Source: a virus
DNA: 64,000 nucleotides
Strand: one strand, 5' to 3'
IMG/VR virus record: IMGVR_UViG_3300005573_000062
Location: 62,099-126,098 of that record
The notes below the pieces were generated by a model. It worked only from the letters and a program-made list of their open reading frames with translations. It was not told where the DNA came from and did not search any database. Position numbers and translations under genes: made by a program. Shown in pieces: positions 1-10,095 of the stretch (within the stretch, counting starts at the first letter, position 1; each line of letters opens with the position of its first letter).

Positions 1-15
1 CGGGAGAACCGTGAA

Positions 16-1380
16 TTGTACAACACTCTTAGTGTTCTCGGGATCTCTCCTAACCCTCTTTTCTATCTACGAAAAAAAATAGCTTCGCTAGCTAATGAAC
101 CTCAATACCTTTTCTCAGTAATGTCGAACCCTGAACAAACTTTTTTGGCTTTCTATCGAGGATTGCTTCCTAGAATAATAGAAACTCTGCAAGAAAGAAA
201 TATTCCGTTTGAAATACTGGATTACCGGGTAAAAGGAGAGTCTATCAACATCTTTATTAAACCTTCTGTCAATCTTTTCGACTATCAAAGCAGAGCATTA
301 GAGAAACTATCTAAATTAGAAAATGCAATTCTTGTATCTGAATGCGGTTCAGGAAAAACAGTAATGGGAGTAGCTTTAATAAGCACATTTAAAGTATCAA
401 CCTTAATTATTGTGCCAACTCTTCAAATTCAACAACAATGGAAAACTTCGCTGATAAAAATGACGGATATAAAAAGAAAAGATATAGGGATGATAGGACA
501 GGGGATATCTAATCTTTCTAAAATAACTATTTCTACTTATCAAAGTTTGGAAAGGATGGAACCGAAGCAATTAGAAGAATTAAATGCTAAATTTGGATGC
601 TTGATTGTAGACGAGGCCCATCGGGTATCTGCCAGGATTCTTTGTGAAGTAGCTAACAAATCTCCTGCTTTCTATCGTTTTGGATTTACTGCAACGCCAC
701 AAAGAAAAGATCAAAAAGACATACTTATATTTAATTCAATCAGCCATAATATTATCGACGTTAAATCTGAAGAACTACAAAAAGCAGGACGTCTAATTAT
801 TCCTTCTGTCAGATTTGTTAAAATAAATACAGGAATCCAGATTACTGAGTGTTATCGTTGGAATGGAGCTGAGAAGGTTGTTGAGAAAGATTGGACTACT
901 TTATTTACTAGACTGACCGAGTCTACAACTAGAACAAACATTATTTTGGACAATATAGAAAAAACAGTTTTAGAAAATCACATATGTTTAGTATTAACGA
1001 ATCGTAAAGCTTATTGCGAATATTTATCTAGAAAGTTAAATGAAAGAGGAATATCTTCAAATTACATAAATGGGCACATTGCAAAAAGCGATCGAGAAGC
1101 AATTTTAAAGAATATGGGATCTAAAATAAAAGTTTTATTTTCTACATACCAATTGGCGAGTGAAGGGCTGGATGTTCCAATTCTTTCTTGCCTGCATCTT
1201 ATTTCGCCAACTTCCAACGAGAACTTAGTCAAACAGGCATCAGGGAGAGTTCGTAGAGCAATCGAAGGCAAGAAAGCTTTAATAATAGATTATGTAGATG
1301 AGGATAGCAAAGAATTATTTAATATGTATAAGCTCAGACGACGTTATTACAAAAAATTTGGATTTGTCATTGAAAATTAA
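16..1380 (+). CDS. Superfamily 2 DEAH helicase (ResIII/XPB/UvsW-like); may be 5'-truncated by the window
   Basis: Q-motif LFDYQ, Walker A SECGSGKT, DEAH, motif III TAT, EGLDVP, QASGRVRR. Confidence 0.9.
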   Translation: MYNTLSVLGISPNPLFYLRKKIASLANEPQYLFSVMSNPEQTFLAFYRGLLPRIIETLQERNIPFEILDYRVKGESINIFIKPSVNLFDYQSRALEKLSKLENAILVSECGSGKTVMGVALISTFKVSTLIIVPTLQIQQQWKTSLIKMTDIKRKDIGMIGQGISNLSKITISTYQSLERMEPKQLEELNAKFGCLIVDEAHRVSARILCEVANKSPAFYRFGFTATPQRKDQKDILIFNSISHNIIDVKSEELQKAGRLIIPSVRFVKINTGIQITECYRWNGAEKVVEKDWTTLFTRLTESTTRTNIILDNIEKTVLENHICLVLTNRKAYCEYLSRKLNERGISSNYINGHIAKSDREAILKNMGSKIKVLFSTYQLASEGLDVPILSCLHLISPTSNENLVKQASGRVRRAIEGKKALIIDYVDEDSKELFNMYKLRRRYYKKFGFVIEN

Positions 1381-1398
1381 TTGAAATTCATATATAAT
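1370..1398 (+). promoter_or_regulatory. sigma70-type promoter
   Basis: TTGAAA-17-TATAAT, followed by AGGAGG RBS of ORF 1421. Confidence 0.75.
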
Positions 1399-1420
1399 AT
1401 CAAAGATAGTAGGAGGTTCA

Positions 1421-1669
1421 ATGGATGTAACGATAATAAAACATGGGGTTCCAATAAAAATAGAAGTAACGGAGAAAGAGTATCTAGACATATTGAGAAA
1501 GTGGATCAGTCTTGTGATATACAATATCAATAATATTCTAAGTCTTATCCCTGTGGATTGGTCTCCTGAACTAAGATCAGAAATAATAAGTAAAGCTATT
1601 AAACCGTTTCACTATTTTTTACAAGAGGAATTAGAGAGACAATATGACGTCAACAAAACACTTCTTTGA
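1421..1669 (+). CDS. hypothetical protein
   Basis: Strong RBS, first gene after a promoter. Confidence 0.7.
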   Translation: MDVTIIKHGVPIKIEVTEKEYLDILRKWISLVIYNINNILSLIPVDWSPELRSEIISKAIKPFHYFLQEELERQYDVNKTLL

Positions 1670-2420
1670 TTTACGTTCAGTCAGAAAAATCAACGTCAAT
1701 GAAAAAGTCATTGAATGTGAAGTTGAATGTGAAAAATGCCAGTATTTAAAATTATGCAATGAAATTTCTACTGAAAAATTTCAATATAAATTATTTTCTA
1801 AAACATTTGGAAGTTACTTGATTAAAAATAACGTCATATTTCCTGTTATTAAAGAAGATCAGAAAACAACTGAATTGATGTATAAAATGTTATTAAAAAT
1901 TTACATTTCAACTAATTATAATGAAAATGTTAATTCTTATACTCTTTCTAAGTTCTTGGAAATTTCTGTTTATTCTGTTAGACAATTGATAGAGAAGTTG
2001 AATAAATATATGGATACATCTAAAAATCGTTTTATTTACTCTTTTAATAAAGAGTGCGGCACTTTTGTGAAGCTTTATATCACTGAATTCAATAAACGGT
2101 TTAGTCATCCTCCTTTAGTTTCTGCGGTCGACGCTAATTTATTTATTCCATTAGTTAAAGATTATTCTCCTTTATTGTTAGAAAAGATAATCCAGGCCTT
2201 CTTTAATTCTACTGATCCTTTTGTGATTAATAGCGGTTTTTCTTTGAAGTCGTTATATTATAGGTTTAATTATTATCTTATTAAAGCCAACGCAGAAGTT
2301 TTATCTAAAATGTCTCCAGAAAAAATAAATGAATATTTAGAAGGCAAACGAAATGGAAGATGGACTGGCACCGAAGAATGGGCTAAACCTTACGAAGAAG
2401 CGCTTAAAAAGATGCTATGA
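1644..2420 (+). CDS. putative replication initiator / HTH DNA-binding protein
   Basis: Lies upstream of loader-helicase-primase; HTH-like segment SYTLSKFLEISVYSVRQLIEKL; N-terminal CxxCxxxxxC. Confidence 0.45.
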   Translation: MTSTKHFFDLRSVRKINVNEKVIECEVECEKCQYLKLCNEISTEKFQYKLFSKTFGSYLIKNNVIFPVIKEDQKTTELMYKMLLKIYISTNYNENVNSYTLSKFLEISVYSVRQLIEKLNKYMDTSKNRFIYSFNKECGTFVKLYITEFNKRFSHPPLVSAVDANLFIPLVKDYSPLLLEKIIQAFFNSTDPFVINSGFSLKSLYYRFNYYLIKANAEVLSKMSPEKINEYLEGKRNGRWTGTEEWAKPYEEALKKML

Positions 2421-3079
2421 ATAAAAAAGATTTTTTTGAAACTCTTAAAAAAGAGTTATTAAATTCGTGCACAACATGTGGGCATACTGGGTGGATAAAT
2501 CAATCAACGATGTGTCAGTGTTTGAAAAAATTAGATCGATATTGCACACTCGACGAGTCTGGGATAGCACGAGAATTCTGGGATATTGATATTGAGAAAT
2601 GGAACGGTTCTCCTTTAGTCAAAGATTCTTTTATCAGCATTTACAATAACATTCATAGTATGTATGACAACAATCGTAGTTTTCTTATGATTGGAGATCC
2701 TTCTATTGATAAAACCTTTCTCGGAATGTGTTTACTCATCAAACTTTTTGATTTAAATCATTCAATATTTTATAGTTCCATGATGGATTTTTCTAAGATC
2801 ATTAAAGATCGAATATCAAGTACTATAACAGGAGAAAGTTTTAGTGAAAATTATCTTTTTAAAGATGTTTTATGTATAGATGAGATAGGTCGAGAATATA
2901 CTCCTCCAACTGGAAATAATTTTTTAATTGCAGAATTTGGTTCGTTGCTGTCCAATAGATATAAAAATAGAAGGCCGACTATTTTAATTAGTGATTTTGA
3001 TGAGAGTTTTTTAAATCAAAAATATAACAATATTATTCCAGTTTCTCTTAGAACGTCATTGACTATAATTAATTTATGA
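2417..3079 (+). CDS. DnaC/IstB-like helicase loader (degenerate Walker A)
   Basis: N-terminal CxxC..CxC; GDPSIDKT; Walker B LCIDEIGRE; RYKNRRPTILIS. Confidence 0.8.
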   Translation: MNKKDFFETLKKELLNSCTTCGHTGWINQSTMCQCLKKLDRYCTLDESGIAREFWDIDIEKWNGSPLVKDSFISIYNNIHSMYDNNRSFLMIGDPSIDKTFLGMCLLIKLFDLNHSIFYSSMMDFSKIIKDRISSTITGESFSENYLFKDVLCIDEIGREYTPPTGNNFLIAEFGSLLSNRYKNRRPTILISDFDESFLNQKYNNIIPVSLRTSLTIINL

Positions 3080-4518
3080 TTGAAGCTATTGAAAAAAAAT
3101 TTTTATTATGTATATGTAGAGATCCTGAAAAAATACTCAAGGCGTATGCAGAGGTTCCTTTTAATACTTTACCTACTTCTGAGGGTCGATTTTTTTATGA
3201 AAAAATAATAGATCATTTTAATCAATATAAGACTCTTCCGACGAAAACAGTATTTAAAGTTTGGATTTCTAAGCTTGAGGATGTGGAATTTAAAAGTTCT
3301 TTGATCGCATATTTTGAATCTTTTTCTACGACTACAATTCAGGATGGTGAATTTCAATTTTATGTGGACTCTCTTAAAAAAAATAAAATATATAATGACG
3401 CTTTAGATACTATAGAAAGATTTTCTAATACGATAGAAAAAGATAAAATTGTAGATCAGATTAATGATCTTCAAAATGAATTATCTAGAATAGGATCATC
3501 TTCAAATAAAAAAGTAGATTATTACAATTTATCTGAGAACGTTAATGATCAAATACGATCTTTTCATTGCTCGACTGAAACAAATAAAGGAATCCCAACT
3601 CCTATTGAAGCACTAAATAATGCAATCGGAGGATTAAAACCTGCTCAACTTAATATTATTGCAGGGGTATCTGGTTCTGGAAAGTCCATCTTTCTATTAA
3701 ATTTTTCTGAGTATGCATATCGTTTGGGTTATAATGTTGCATATTTTACTATTGAAATGTCATATCAGGATTGTTTGAATCGCTATCATTCTTTGATAAC
3801 ACAGTTTCCAGCTAATTCAATTTTGCACTCAACTCTTTCAGATGAGGATAAGAGATTATTTTATCACAAATTATACGATTATCATATAATAGATAAAGGA
3901 TCTAAAAAGAAGTTAAATGAAATTTTTAAAAAAGATTTGACAGAACTTGGGATTTCTCCTACTGAGGAAGAAATTAAGATATATGGAAATGAGGCTAAAA
4001 AGTATTCAATAAATAGATTATTTGAGCATGTTAAAGATTTAACTTTTAGACCTAACAAATTTTTTATAATCGATGCTATGTTTGGTTTGTCTGCATATCA
4101 TTTAAAAAGTCATATAAATAATTTATCTAGAAAAGGGAATGTTGATTTAATAGTAGTAGATTATTTGAATCTGATGAATTCTGGATTGAGAGGACTGCAG
4201 GATTGGGAAGATGCTAAACATGTTTCTAGAGCTTTAAAAACTATAGCTAGAGAATTTAATCTTCCTGTTTTAACTGCAGTTCAATTGAATAATGCAACAA
4301 AAGGCGAAAAGATAACTCAGAATGATGTTAGATATAGCAAAGCAATTAATGAAAACGCAGATAATGTTATAGCCTTTAAGAGAAACGACAAGGATGAACT
4401 TCTCAATATAATAAGATTAGAATTGATTAAGCATAGACATGGTAAGTCTGAAATTATTACAGTCAAAGAAGATTTTAATAGGATATCAATACAGGACGTT
4501 AAAATCAATGGACATTAA
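3076..4518 (+). CDS. dnaB: replicative DnaB-family helicase
   Basis: AGVSGSGKS, FTIEMS, IVVDYLNLM, LKTIAREFNLPVLTAVQLN, ADNV, KHRHG. Confidence 0.92.
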   Translation: MIEAIEKKFLLCICRDPEKILKAYAEVPFNTLPTSEGRFFYEKIIDHFNQYKTLPTKTVFKVWISKLEDVEFKSSLIAYFESFSTTTIQDGEFQFYVDSLKKNKIYNDALDTIERFSNTIEKDKIVDQINDLQNELSRIGSSSNKKVDYYNLSENVNDQIRSFHCSTETNKGIPTPIEALNNAIGGLKPAQLNIIAGVSGSGKSIFLLNFSEYAYRLGYNVAYFTIEMSYQDCLNRYHSLITQFPANSILHSTLSDEDKRLFYHKLYDYHIIDKGSKKKLNEIFKKDLTELGISPTEEEIKIYGNEAKKYSINRLFEHVKDLTFRPNKFFIIDAMFGLSAYHLKSHINNLSRKGNVDLIVVDYLNLMNSGLRGLQDWEDAKHVSRALKTIAREFNLPVLTAVQLNNATKGEKITQNDVRYSKAINENADNVIAFKRNDKDELLNIIRLELIKHRHGKSEIITVKEDFNRISIQDVKINGH

Positions 4519-5467
4519 AGGAATATTAAAATCATATAATATCGAGATAAGCGGAGAAAGAGAATTTGACTATGATTGTTTTTGTCCATTTCATCCAGAT
4601 GATCATAGTTCTTTTTCAATACATAAAACAAAAGGCATTTGGTTGTGTAGAGCTGGGTGTGGTAGTGGAAATATTCGTCAATTTATAATGAGAATGGATA
4701 AATGTTCCAAGGAGGAAGCAGATAAAAAGATAGAAAAATTTTCAAATAAAGTAGATAATATAGTAGAAAGAATTCGATCAAAAAGACAATTAACTTTTAT
4801 TCCAACCGTTTTCGATCATCCTGTTGTGAAATTGCCAGATGAATTTATTCCATTTGAAAATATTCTAGAACCTACTCCATATCATAATTATATAAATGCT
4901 AGGATTGGTTTAGATACTGCAGTTAGATTTGGTTTAGGATATTGCCCTACTGGATTTTTTAAACATAGAATAATAATTCCAATAACTTTTGATAAAAAGA
5001 TAATAGGTTTCAGTGGAAGAAGTTTATATCATACTGGTGTTCGATATATGTTGTCTTATAGATTTCCTTCTAATTCTAGTTTATTTTGTTATGATGAACC
5101 CACAGATGGCACTGCTTATTTATCTGAATCAATATTTGATACCCTTACTTTATATCGTTGGGGTTTTTCTTCTGTATATGCAACATTTGGAGCTCGTATT
5201 TCTTATAATCACATTTTGTTATTGATACGAAAAGGAGTCAAACATTTAAAAATATTGTTTCACAATGATAAAGCTGGAATTGCTGGGGTTCAAAATGCTC
5301 TTCCTCTTTTAAAAGTTCATTTTTTAGTGGAGATAGGGATTCTTCCTTTGGATAGAGATATAAATGAAATGACATCTGATGAATTTAGTAGCATACAGTG
5401 GAAGAAAGTTAACGATAAAGTAAATAAGGTCAAAAGGAGATTGCAATGGAAACGAAACCAAAGCTGA
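4508..5467 (+). CDS. dnaG: DNA primase (CHC2 zinc finger + TOPRIM)
   Basis: CPFHPD...C..GCG; RIIIPI; ESIFD; start placed at ATG 4508. Confidence 0.88.
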   Translation: MDIKGILKSYNIEISGEREFDYDCFCPFHPDDHSSFSIHKTKGIWLCRAGCGSGNIRQFIMRMDKCSKEEADKKIEKFSNKVDNIVERIRSKRQLTFIPTVFDHPVVKLPDEFIPFENILEPTPYHNYINARIGLDTAVRFGLGYCPTGFFKHRIIIPITFDKKIIGFSGRSLYHTGVRYMLSYRFPSNSSLFCYDEPTDGTAYLSESIFDTLTLYRWGFSSVYATFGARISYNHILLLIRKGVKHLKILFHNDKAGIAGVQNALPLLKVHFLVEIGILPLDRDINEMTSDEFSSIQWKKVNDKVNKVKRRLQWKRNQS

Positions 5468-6210
5468 GAATTTCAGCTAGTGCGATTAATGATTTTAAGA
5501 GATGTCCATATTCGTTTAAATTAGGTTATATCGATAAAGTCAGACCTGTTTTTACTGATAATGTTTATACTGCATTTGGAAAAGCGATTCATTCTACCAT
5601 CCAAGAATTCGTGGATACAACTGACAAGGATTTTAAAGTGTTGGAAGAGTTATATAAGAAAAATTTTGAAAACAATAGAAAATTATTAAAACGTACTTCT
5701 GACATTGACAAATACGGAGAGTTTTTTGAAAAAGGATTAAAACATTTAAATACATATTATGAATATGAAGTGTTAAGTAACCGATATAAATATTTGTCTT
5801 TAAATGAAAAGAAGTTGACTGTTGATTTTCAAGATTTCATAGTTGTTGGTGTTATAGATCGTCTATATAGAAAAAATAACCAAATTGTTTTATTGGATTT
5901 TAAGACTGGGGCCAAATTTCCTACTCAAGAGGATTTAGATTCCAATGTTCAATTAACTATGTATTCTTTTCTGTTACACAAAAATTATGATTATATTCCT
6001 ACAGAATCTCGATTATTTTTTCTGGAGTCTAATTTAGTTATGAAGACGGTCCGGACTTTTGAAGATCTTTTAAAATTTGAGAAATATCTGATTGATTTTT
6101 ATAATACTGTGATCAATATGAAAGAGTGGGCATTTGATTCTACTAAATGTTTTTGGTGTGCTTTTTCTAAGAATTGTGATAAATGTGTAGAAAAAATTAA
6201 AATTTTGTAA
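5446..6210 (+). CDS. PD-(D/E)XK RecB/Cas4-like exonuclease
   Basis: SASAINDFKRCP, GKAIH, GVIDRL, LLDFKTG, QLTMY, C-terminal CxxCxxxxxC. Confidence 0.88.
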   Translation: METKPKLRISASAINDFKRCPYSFKLGYIDKVRPVFTDNVYTAFGKAIHSTIQEFVDTTDKDFKVLEELYKKNFENNRKLLKRTSDIDKYGEFFEKGLKHLNTYYEYEVLSNRYKYLSLNEKKLTVDFQDFIVVGVIDRLYRKNNQIVLLDFKTGAKFPTQEDLDSNVQLTMYSFLLHKNYDYIPTESRLFFLESNLVMKTVRTFEDLLKFEKYLIDFYNTVINMKEWAFDSTKCFWCAFSKNCDKCVEKIKIL

Positions 6211-6216
6211 TATCGA

Positions 6217-6245
6217 TTGAACGAATTGTGGATTTTTTATATAAT
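6217..6245 (+). promoter_or_regulatory. sigma70-type promoter
   Basis: TTGAAC-17-TATAAT. Confidence 0.75.
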
Positions 6246-6314
6246 AATAAACAGAACTATGTTGAAAAGTTTTTAGACGCAAATTGTAGTTTAGTAAAAG
6301 AAAGGAGGAAATAG

Positions 6315-6974
6315 ATGAGAGTAAAAGAGGACTTAAGGCCCCAGAAGTTATATCCTGAAGAGGGGAAAACACATTATGGGGTCATAACAGAGTATAAGTA
6401 TCAAACCTTTTCATCTAGAGCTACTGGAAAACCTTTAAAAGGTTTACGTATTATGATCAGACCAAATGATCCTAAATATACTTCAGTTACTGCTTTTGGA
6501 TGGATAGGAGAAGACGAACAAGGTCTTTATATATACAAGGGGTCTAGATTAGAAGAATGGATAAAAAGAATTTTAAATGTTCCAGATCTATCTAATATTC
6601 GTTTAGATTCTATTATTGGAGCACCTTGTTTATTTACAGTTAAGTTTACCCAAGGCGAAAACCCTGAAACTCATGCAGTGAGGCAATTTTGCAACGTCAG
6701 TGATATAATGTCATTACCTAACAACATTCCAGTTATGCCTACTATACCAACAGGAGTTAATCAGTCTTCTACTCCTGACATGAATGTATATTATCCAGGA
6801 ACACCAGCTCATCAGAACGTTGTTAATCCTGCTGTGCATACGGGTTCTCCGGTTAAACCTAATATTCCTGTTGCTCAAGTACCTCAGACCCCCCAAGTTC
6901 AGAGTCCTGTCCCAACTGGAATTCCTGTAAAAAATAAGGTTTCTGATGCTTTAAATGATGGAGATTTATTATGA
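6315..6974 (+). CDS. putative single-stranded DNA-binding protein
   Basis: Beta-rich N-terminus, Pro/Gln/Val linker, acidic-hydrophobic tail DGDLL; replication context. Confidence 0.55.
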   Translation: MRVKEDLRPQKLYPEEGKTHYGVITEYKYQTFSSRATGKPLKGLRIMIRPNDPKYTSVTAFGWIGEDEQGLYIYKGSRLEEWIKRILNVPDLSNIRLDSIIGAPCLFTVKFTQGENPETHAVRQFCNVSDIMSLPNNIPVMPTIPTGVNQSSTPDMNVYYPGTPAHQNVVNPAVHTGSPVKPNIPVAQVPQTPQVQSPVPTGIPVKNKVSDALNDGDLL

Positions 6975-7471
6975 CAGCTGAAGAACGAAAAGATAGATTA
7001 AACGAAATCTCTAAGTATACGGTTTCCATACCTTCAAATCCAGATACACAAGGTTACACTGCTTTGTTTCAAATACTAAGTGCCTTGTCGAGTTATTATG
7101 ATAGGGTTTGTAGTATCCTTAGAGAAGGGATAGAGGATAAATTCAGAGTTGAGAAACAAATAGCATTGGCCAGAGAAGAGTATGAGAATGAAAAAAATGC
7201 AATGTTATTAAAAGATGAAATTAGAATACTAAAATCATCTGAACTTCGTGTTGCTGCTGTAGACGTTCAACTTGTTAATAAAAGGAAGAAAATAACTCAA
7301 CATGAAATAGATCTGCAGGAAGTACAGACCTTTATTAACGAGGTTAGTCTCGTTTTTGAAGGGATAAAAGATAAGATACGAACGATAAAAAGACAGATCG
7401 AAATTGGAGTTCTGATGAACGGCATCGGAGAAATAGGAAAAAGTGATATAGATAAAAAAATAAGAATATAG
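6971..7471 (+). CDS. coiled-coil protein, possible UvsY-like recombination mediator
   Basis: All-helical; sits between the SSB-like gene and recA. Confidence 0.4.
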   Translation: MTAEERKDRLNEISKYTVSIPSNPDTQGYTALFQILSALSSYYDRVCSILREGIEDKFRVEKQIALAREEYENEKNAMLLKDEIRILKSSELRVAAVDVQLVNKRKKITQHEIDLQEVQTFINEVSLVFEGIKDKIRTIKRQIEIGVLMNGIGEIGKSDIDKKIRI

Positions 7472-7472
7472 T

Positions 7473-7506
7473 CCCCCTATTCGGGGGTCTTAATTGGCCC
7501 CCGAAT
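7473..7506 (+). promoter_or_regulatory. GC-rich hairpin with an alternative pairing, upstream of recA
   Basis: ATTCGGGGGTC/GGCCCCCGAAT stem; CCCCC at 7473-7477 can pair with the same G5. Confidence 0.5.
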
Positions 7507-7521
7507 CAACAAGAGATCAAT

Positions 7522-8496
7522 ATGGAAAAACACGACTTGAAAAAGTTATCTGAATATATAAAAGAAAAATACGGCGAAGATACATTAATTTTACCAGGAA
7601 CTAAGCATGAATTCTATTCAACTGGATCAATTGGTTTAGATATTGCGATAGGTGGTGGTCTTCCAAAAGGTAGAATATGTGATTATTATGGACTTCCTAG
7701 TGCAGGTAAAAGTATGCTTTCTTTATCTGCGATTGCTCAGGTTCAAAAGAATAATGGTGTTTGTGCTTATATCGATGCTGAAAATGCTTTTGATGAACGT
7801 TGGGCGAAAGTTTTGGGTGTAGATTTAAGTCCAGAAAGATTAATACGTATAAATCCATCACACGGAGAGCAAGTATTTGATTTGACAGAAGAGTTTATAA
7901 AATGCGGAATAGACTTAATTGTCATTGATTCGACTGCTGCTTTGATTCCTTTGGAATTAGTTGAAAGGTCAATGGAAGATGCTTCATTAATAGGATTACA
8001 AGCTAGGTTAATTTCAAAAGGGCTTCAAAAAATAACTCCTTTGGTTTCTAAAGCTAAATCGATAGTCTTGTTCGTTAACCAGGTGAGAAAAAACATCGGT
8101 GGGAATCCTTATTTGAGAGAAGAGGAAAGTCCCACCGGTGGTTTAGCTTTGGGATTTTATTCTTCAGTCAGAATTAAAATCACTAGAAAAGAACCGATAA
8201 AAGAGAAAGATATTTTATTGGGACATCGAATACACTGTCTGGTCAAGAAGAATAAAATTTCTCCTCCTTTAAAGGAAGCTACTTTTGATCTTTATTATGA
8301 TAAAGGAATCGACAATATTTCAGAACTTTTTGATGCTGCAATCAATCTAGGTATTATTGTTAGACCTCCCGATAGTATAAAATATCACTATGGGGATGTA
8401 GTTTTAAAGGGTCAGGAAAAAGTTAAAGAGTGGATAAAAGGCGATCCAAAAGTTCAGGAAGAATTAATTCAAAAAATAACATCTCTATTAAAATGA
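7522..8496 (+). CDS. recA: RecA recombinase
   Basis: STGSIGLDIAIGGGLPKGR, GLPSAGKS, IDAENA, IDSTAAL, NQVR, GG.AL.FYSSVR, KNKISPP. Confidence 0.96.
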   Translation: MEKHDLKKLSEYIKEKYGEDTLILPGTKHEFYSTGSIGLDIAIGGGLPKGRICDYYGLPSAGKSMLSLSAIAQVQKNNGVCAYIDAENAFDERWAKVLGVDLSPERLIRINPSHGEQVFDLTEEFIKCGIDLIVIDSTAALIPLELVERSMEDASLIGLQARLISKGLQKITPLVSKAKSIVLFVNQVRKNIGGNPYLREEESPTGGLALGFYSSVRIKITRKEPIKEKDILLGHRIHCLVKKNKISPPLKEATFDLYYDKGIDNISELFDAAINLGIIVRPPDSIKYHYGDVVLKGQEKVKEWIKGDPKVQEELIQKITSLLK

Positions 8497-9002
8497 AAAA
8501 AGATACATGGTATGTTTTAGAATTCGAAGGTTATAATTACGACAATTTAGCTATAATATATAGAATTTTGTCTGAAAAATTCGGTTCGGAAAATATATTC
8601 TATAAAACAGTTGACGCAAAAGTGTTAAATAATAAGAAAAGAACTTTTGTTACTAAGAAAATTCCAATCATTTCTAATTATATGTTTATTCGTAGTGATA
8701 ATCCTATTCAGATATTCGATAAAGTAAAAAAGTTATTTGCTAGAGTTAATATGTTAAAGAAAGTAGGAAGTGAAGAATATCAGGAAATATCGGATGAAGA
8801 AATTAATAACATGAAATGTGATTTTAAAGAGGAATCACGTATTTGGAAAAGAAATGATTTAGTTAAAATTATAACAGGTCCATATTCTGATTTTATAGGT
8901 ACAATTATATCAGTTAAAAAAGATTCAATTAAAGTTAAACTTATTATATTTGACAAAGAATTTAAAATTGTTTTTCCTAAAACAGACGTTGAATTAATAT
9001 GA
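8493..9002 (+). CDS. nusG: NusG-family transcription elongation/antitermination factor (NGN + KOW)
   Basis: WYVL start, PIISNYMFI, KOW DLVKIITGPYSDFIGTI, VKLIIFDKE; ATGA overlap with recA at 8493. Confidence 0.85.
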   Translation: MKKDTWYVLEFEGYNYDNLAIIYRILSEKFGSENIFYKTVDAKVLNNKKRTFVTKKIPIISNYMFIRSDNPIQIFDKVKKLFARVNMLKKVGSEEYQEISDEEINNMKCDFKEESRIWKRNDLVKIITGPYSDFIGTIISVKKDSIKVKLIIFDKEFKIVFPKTDVELI

Positions 9003-9859
9003 TAAAAGAAATTCATTTAACTAATTTTCAAAGCCATAAAGATACGATTTTAGAACTTCATGAAAATTTGAATGTTATAATTGGATCTTCAAATTCCGGA
9101 AAAAGTTCGATTGTTAGAGCTTTGAAATTTATCTTATTTGGAAAATGGGATCCTTCTTTTATTAAAGACGGTGAAAGTATTTCTAAAGTTTCAATTGTTT
9201 TAGATAATGGATATGCGATAGAAAGAGTAAAAGGAAATAAAAAGAATGAATTAAATATTATTTTTAATGGAACAACTAAGAAATATTCTGGATTCGGATC
9301 TACTGTTCCTCCTGAAGTAATAAAGATTATAGGTATAGTTCCATTGAATCTGTTAGATAAGGAAGAATTTTTAAATATTGCCGAACAGCACGATTCAATC
9401 TTTCTTTTAACTGAAGGTGGTTCTTTTAGAGCCAAGATATTGAGTAGTATATCTGGATTACATATATTAGATATGATTATAAAAGATTTAAATTCGGAGA
9501 TACGAAATATATCTACTGAGATAAATCGTTTAAAAGATGAAATAGATAAATTTCAAAAAAGGATAGATGATATAAAAGCAAAAGAATTGTTTTTTAATGA
9601 TATTCCTTTATTAAAAAAGCGGATAGATGAACAAAATGAGTTTAGAAGAAATAAAGATATATTTGTTAATCTTAAATATAAGGTTGATGAATATAATTCG
9701 AGAGTGAACGCTAGAAATAATTTATCTAATGAATTAGAAAAATTTAATATAGAAGCGTTGGAAAAGGAATTAGATAAAGCATTATTAGAAATACAAGTAT
9801 GCCCAACCTGTGGAAATAATATAAAGGAGGAAAATCTAAAATTCATAAAAAAATCATGA
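8999..9859 (+). CDS. SbcC/Rad50 N-terminal half (Walker A, coiled coil, zinc hook)
   Basis: LTNFQSH, GSSNSGKSS, Q-loop EQHD, coiled coil ending CPTCG. Confidence 0.88.
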   Translation: MIKEIHLTNFQSHKDTILELHENLNVIIGSSNSGKSSIVRALKFILFGKWDPSFIKDGESISKVSIVLDNGYAIERVKGNKKNELNIIFNGTTKKYSGFGSTVPPEVIKIIGIVPLNLLDKEEFLNIAEQHDSIFLLTEGGSFRAKILSSISGLHILDMIIKDLNSEIRNISTEINRLKDEIDKFQKRIDDIKAKELFFNDIPLLKKRIDEQNEFRRNKDIFVNLKYKVDEYNSRVNARNNLSNELEKFNIEALEKELDKALLEIQVCPTCGNNIKEENLKFIKKS

Positions 9860-10095
9860 AAAGCCATAATATTACAATTAAATACCCGATACATGAAGTA
9901 ATAGAAAGTTTTGTGGTTGATCGACGAAAGAATACTCTTATTCTATCGTTTCCATGTCAAAAGGTAAAAGAAATATATGTTAATAATAGGATAACAAATT
10001 CATATGGATTTGTTTCGCCTAATAAAATCATTTTGCCTTTGAAAAGTAAAATTAATTCAGTAGTCATTGTGAAATACCAAATTAAACATGTATAA
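9856..10095 (+). CDS. small beta-rich hypothetical protein
   Basis: Translationally coupled ORF within the sbc cluster. Confidence 0.55.
   Translation: MKSHNITIKYPIHEVIESFVVDRRKNTLILSFPCQKVKEIYVNNRITNSYGFVSPNKIILPLKSKINSVVIVKYQIKHV

Noticed and set aside
3870-4050. Intein in DnaB
   Set aside because: The insert is short and lacks the N-terminal Cys/Ser and C-terminal His-Asn splice motifs
5446-6210. Cas4 as part of a CRISPR-Cas system
   Set aside because: Stand-alone in the replication operon, as is usual for phage Cas4/RecB-like nucleases; no cas1 or cas2
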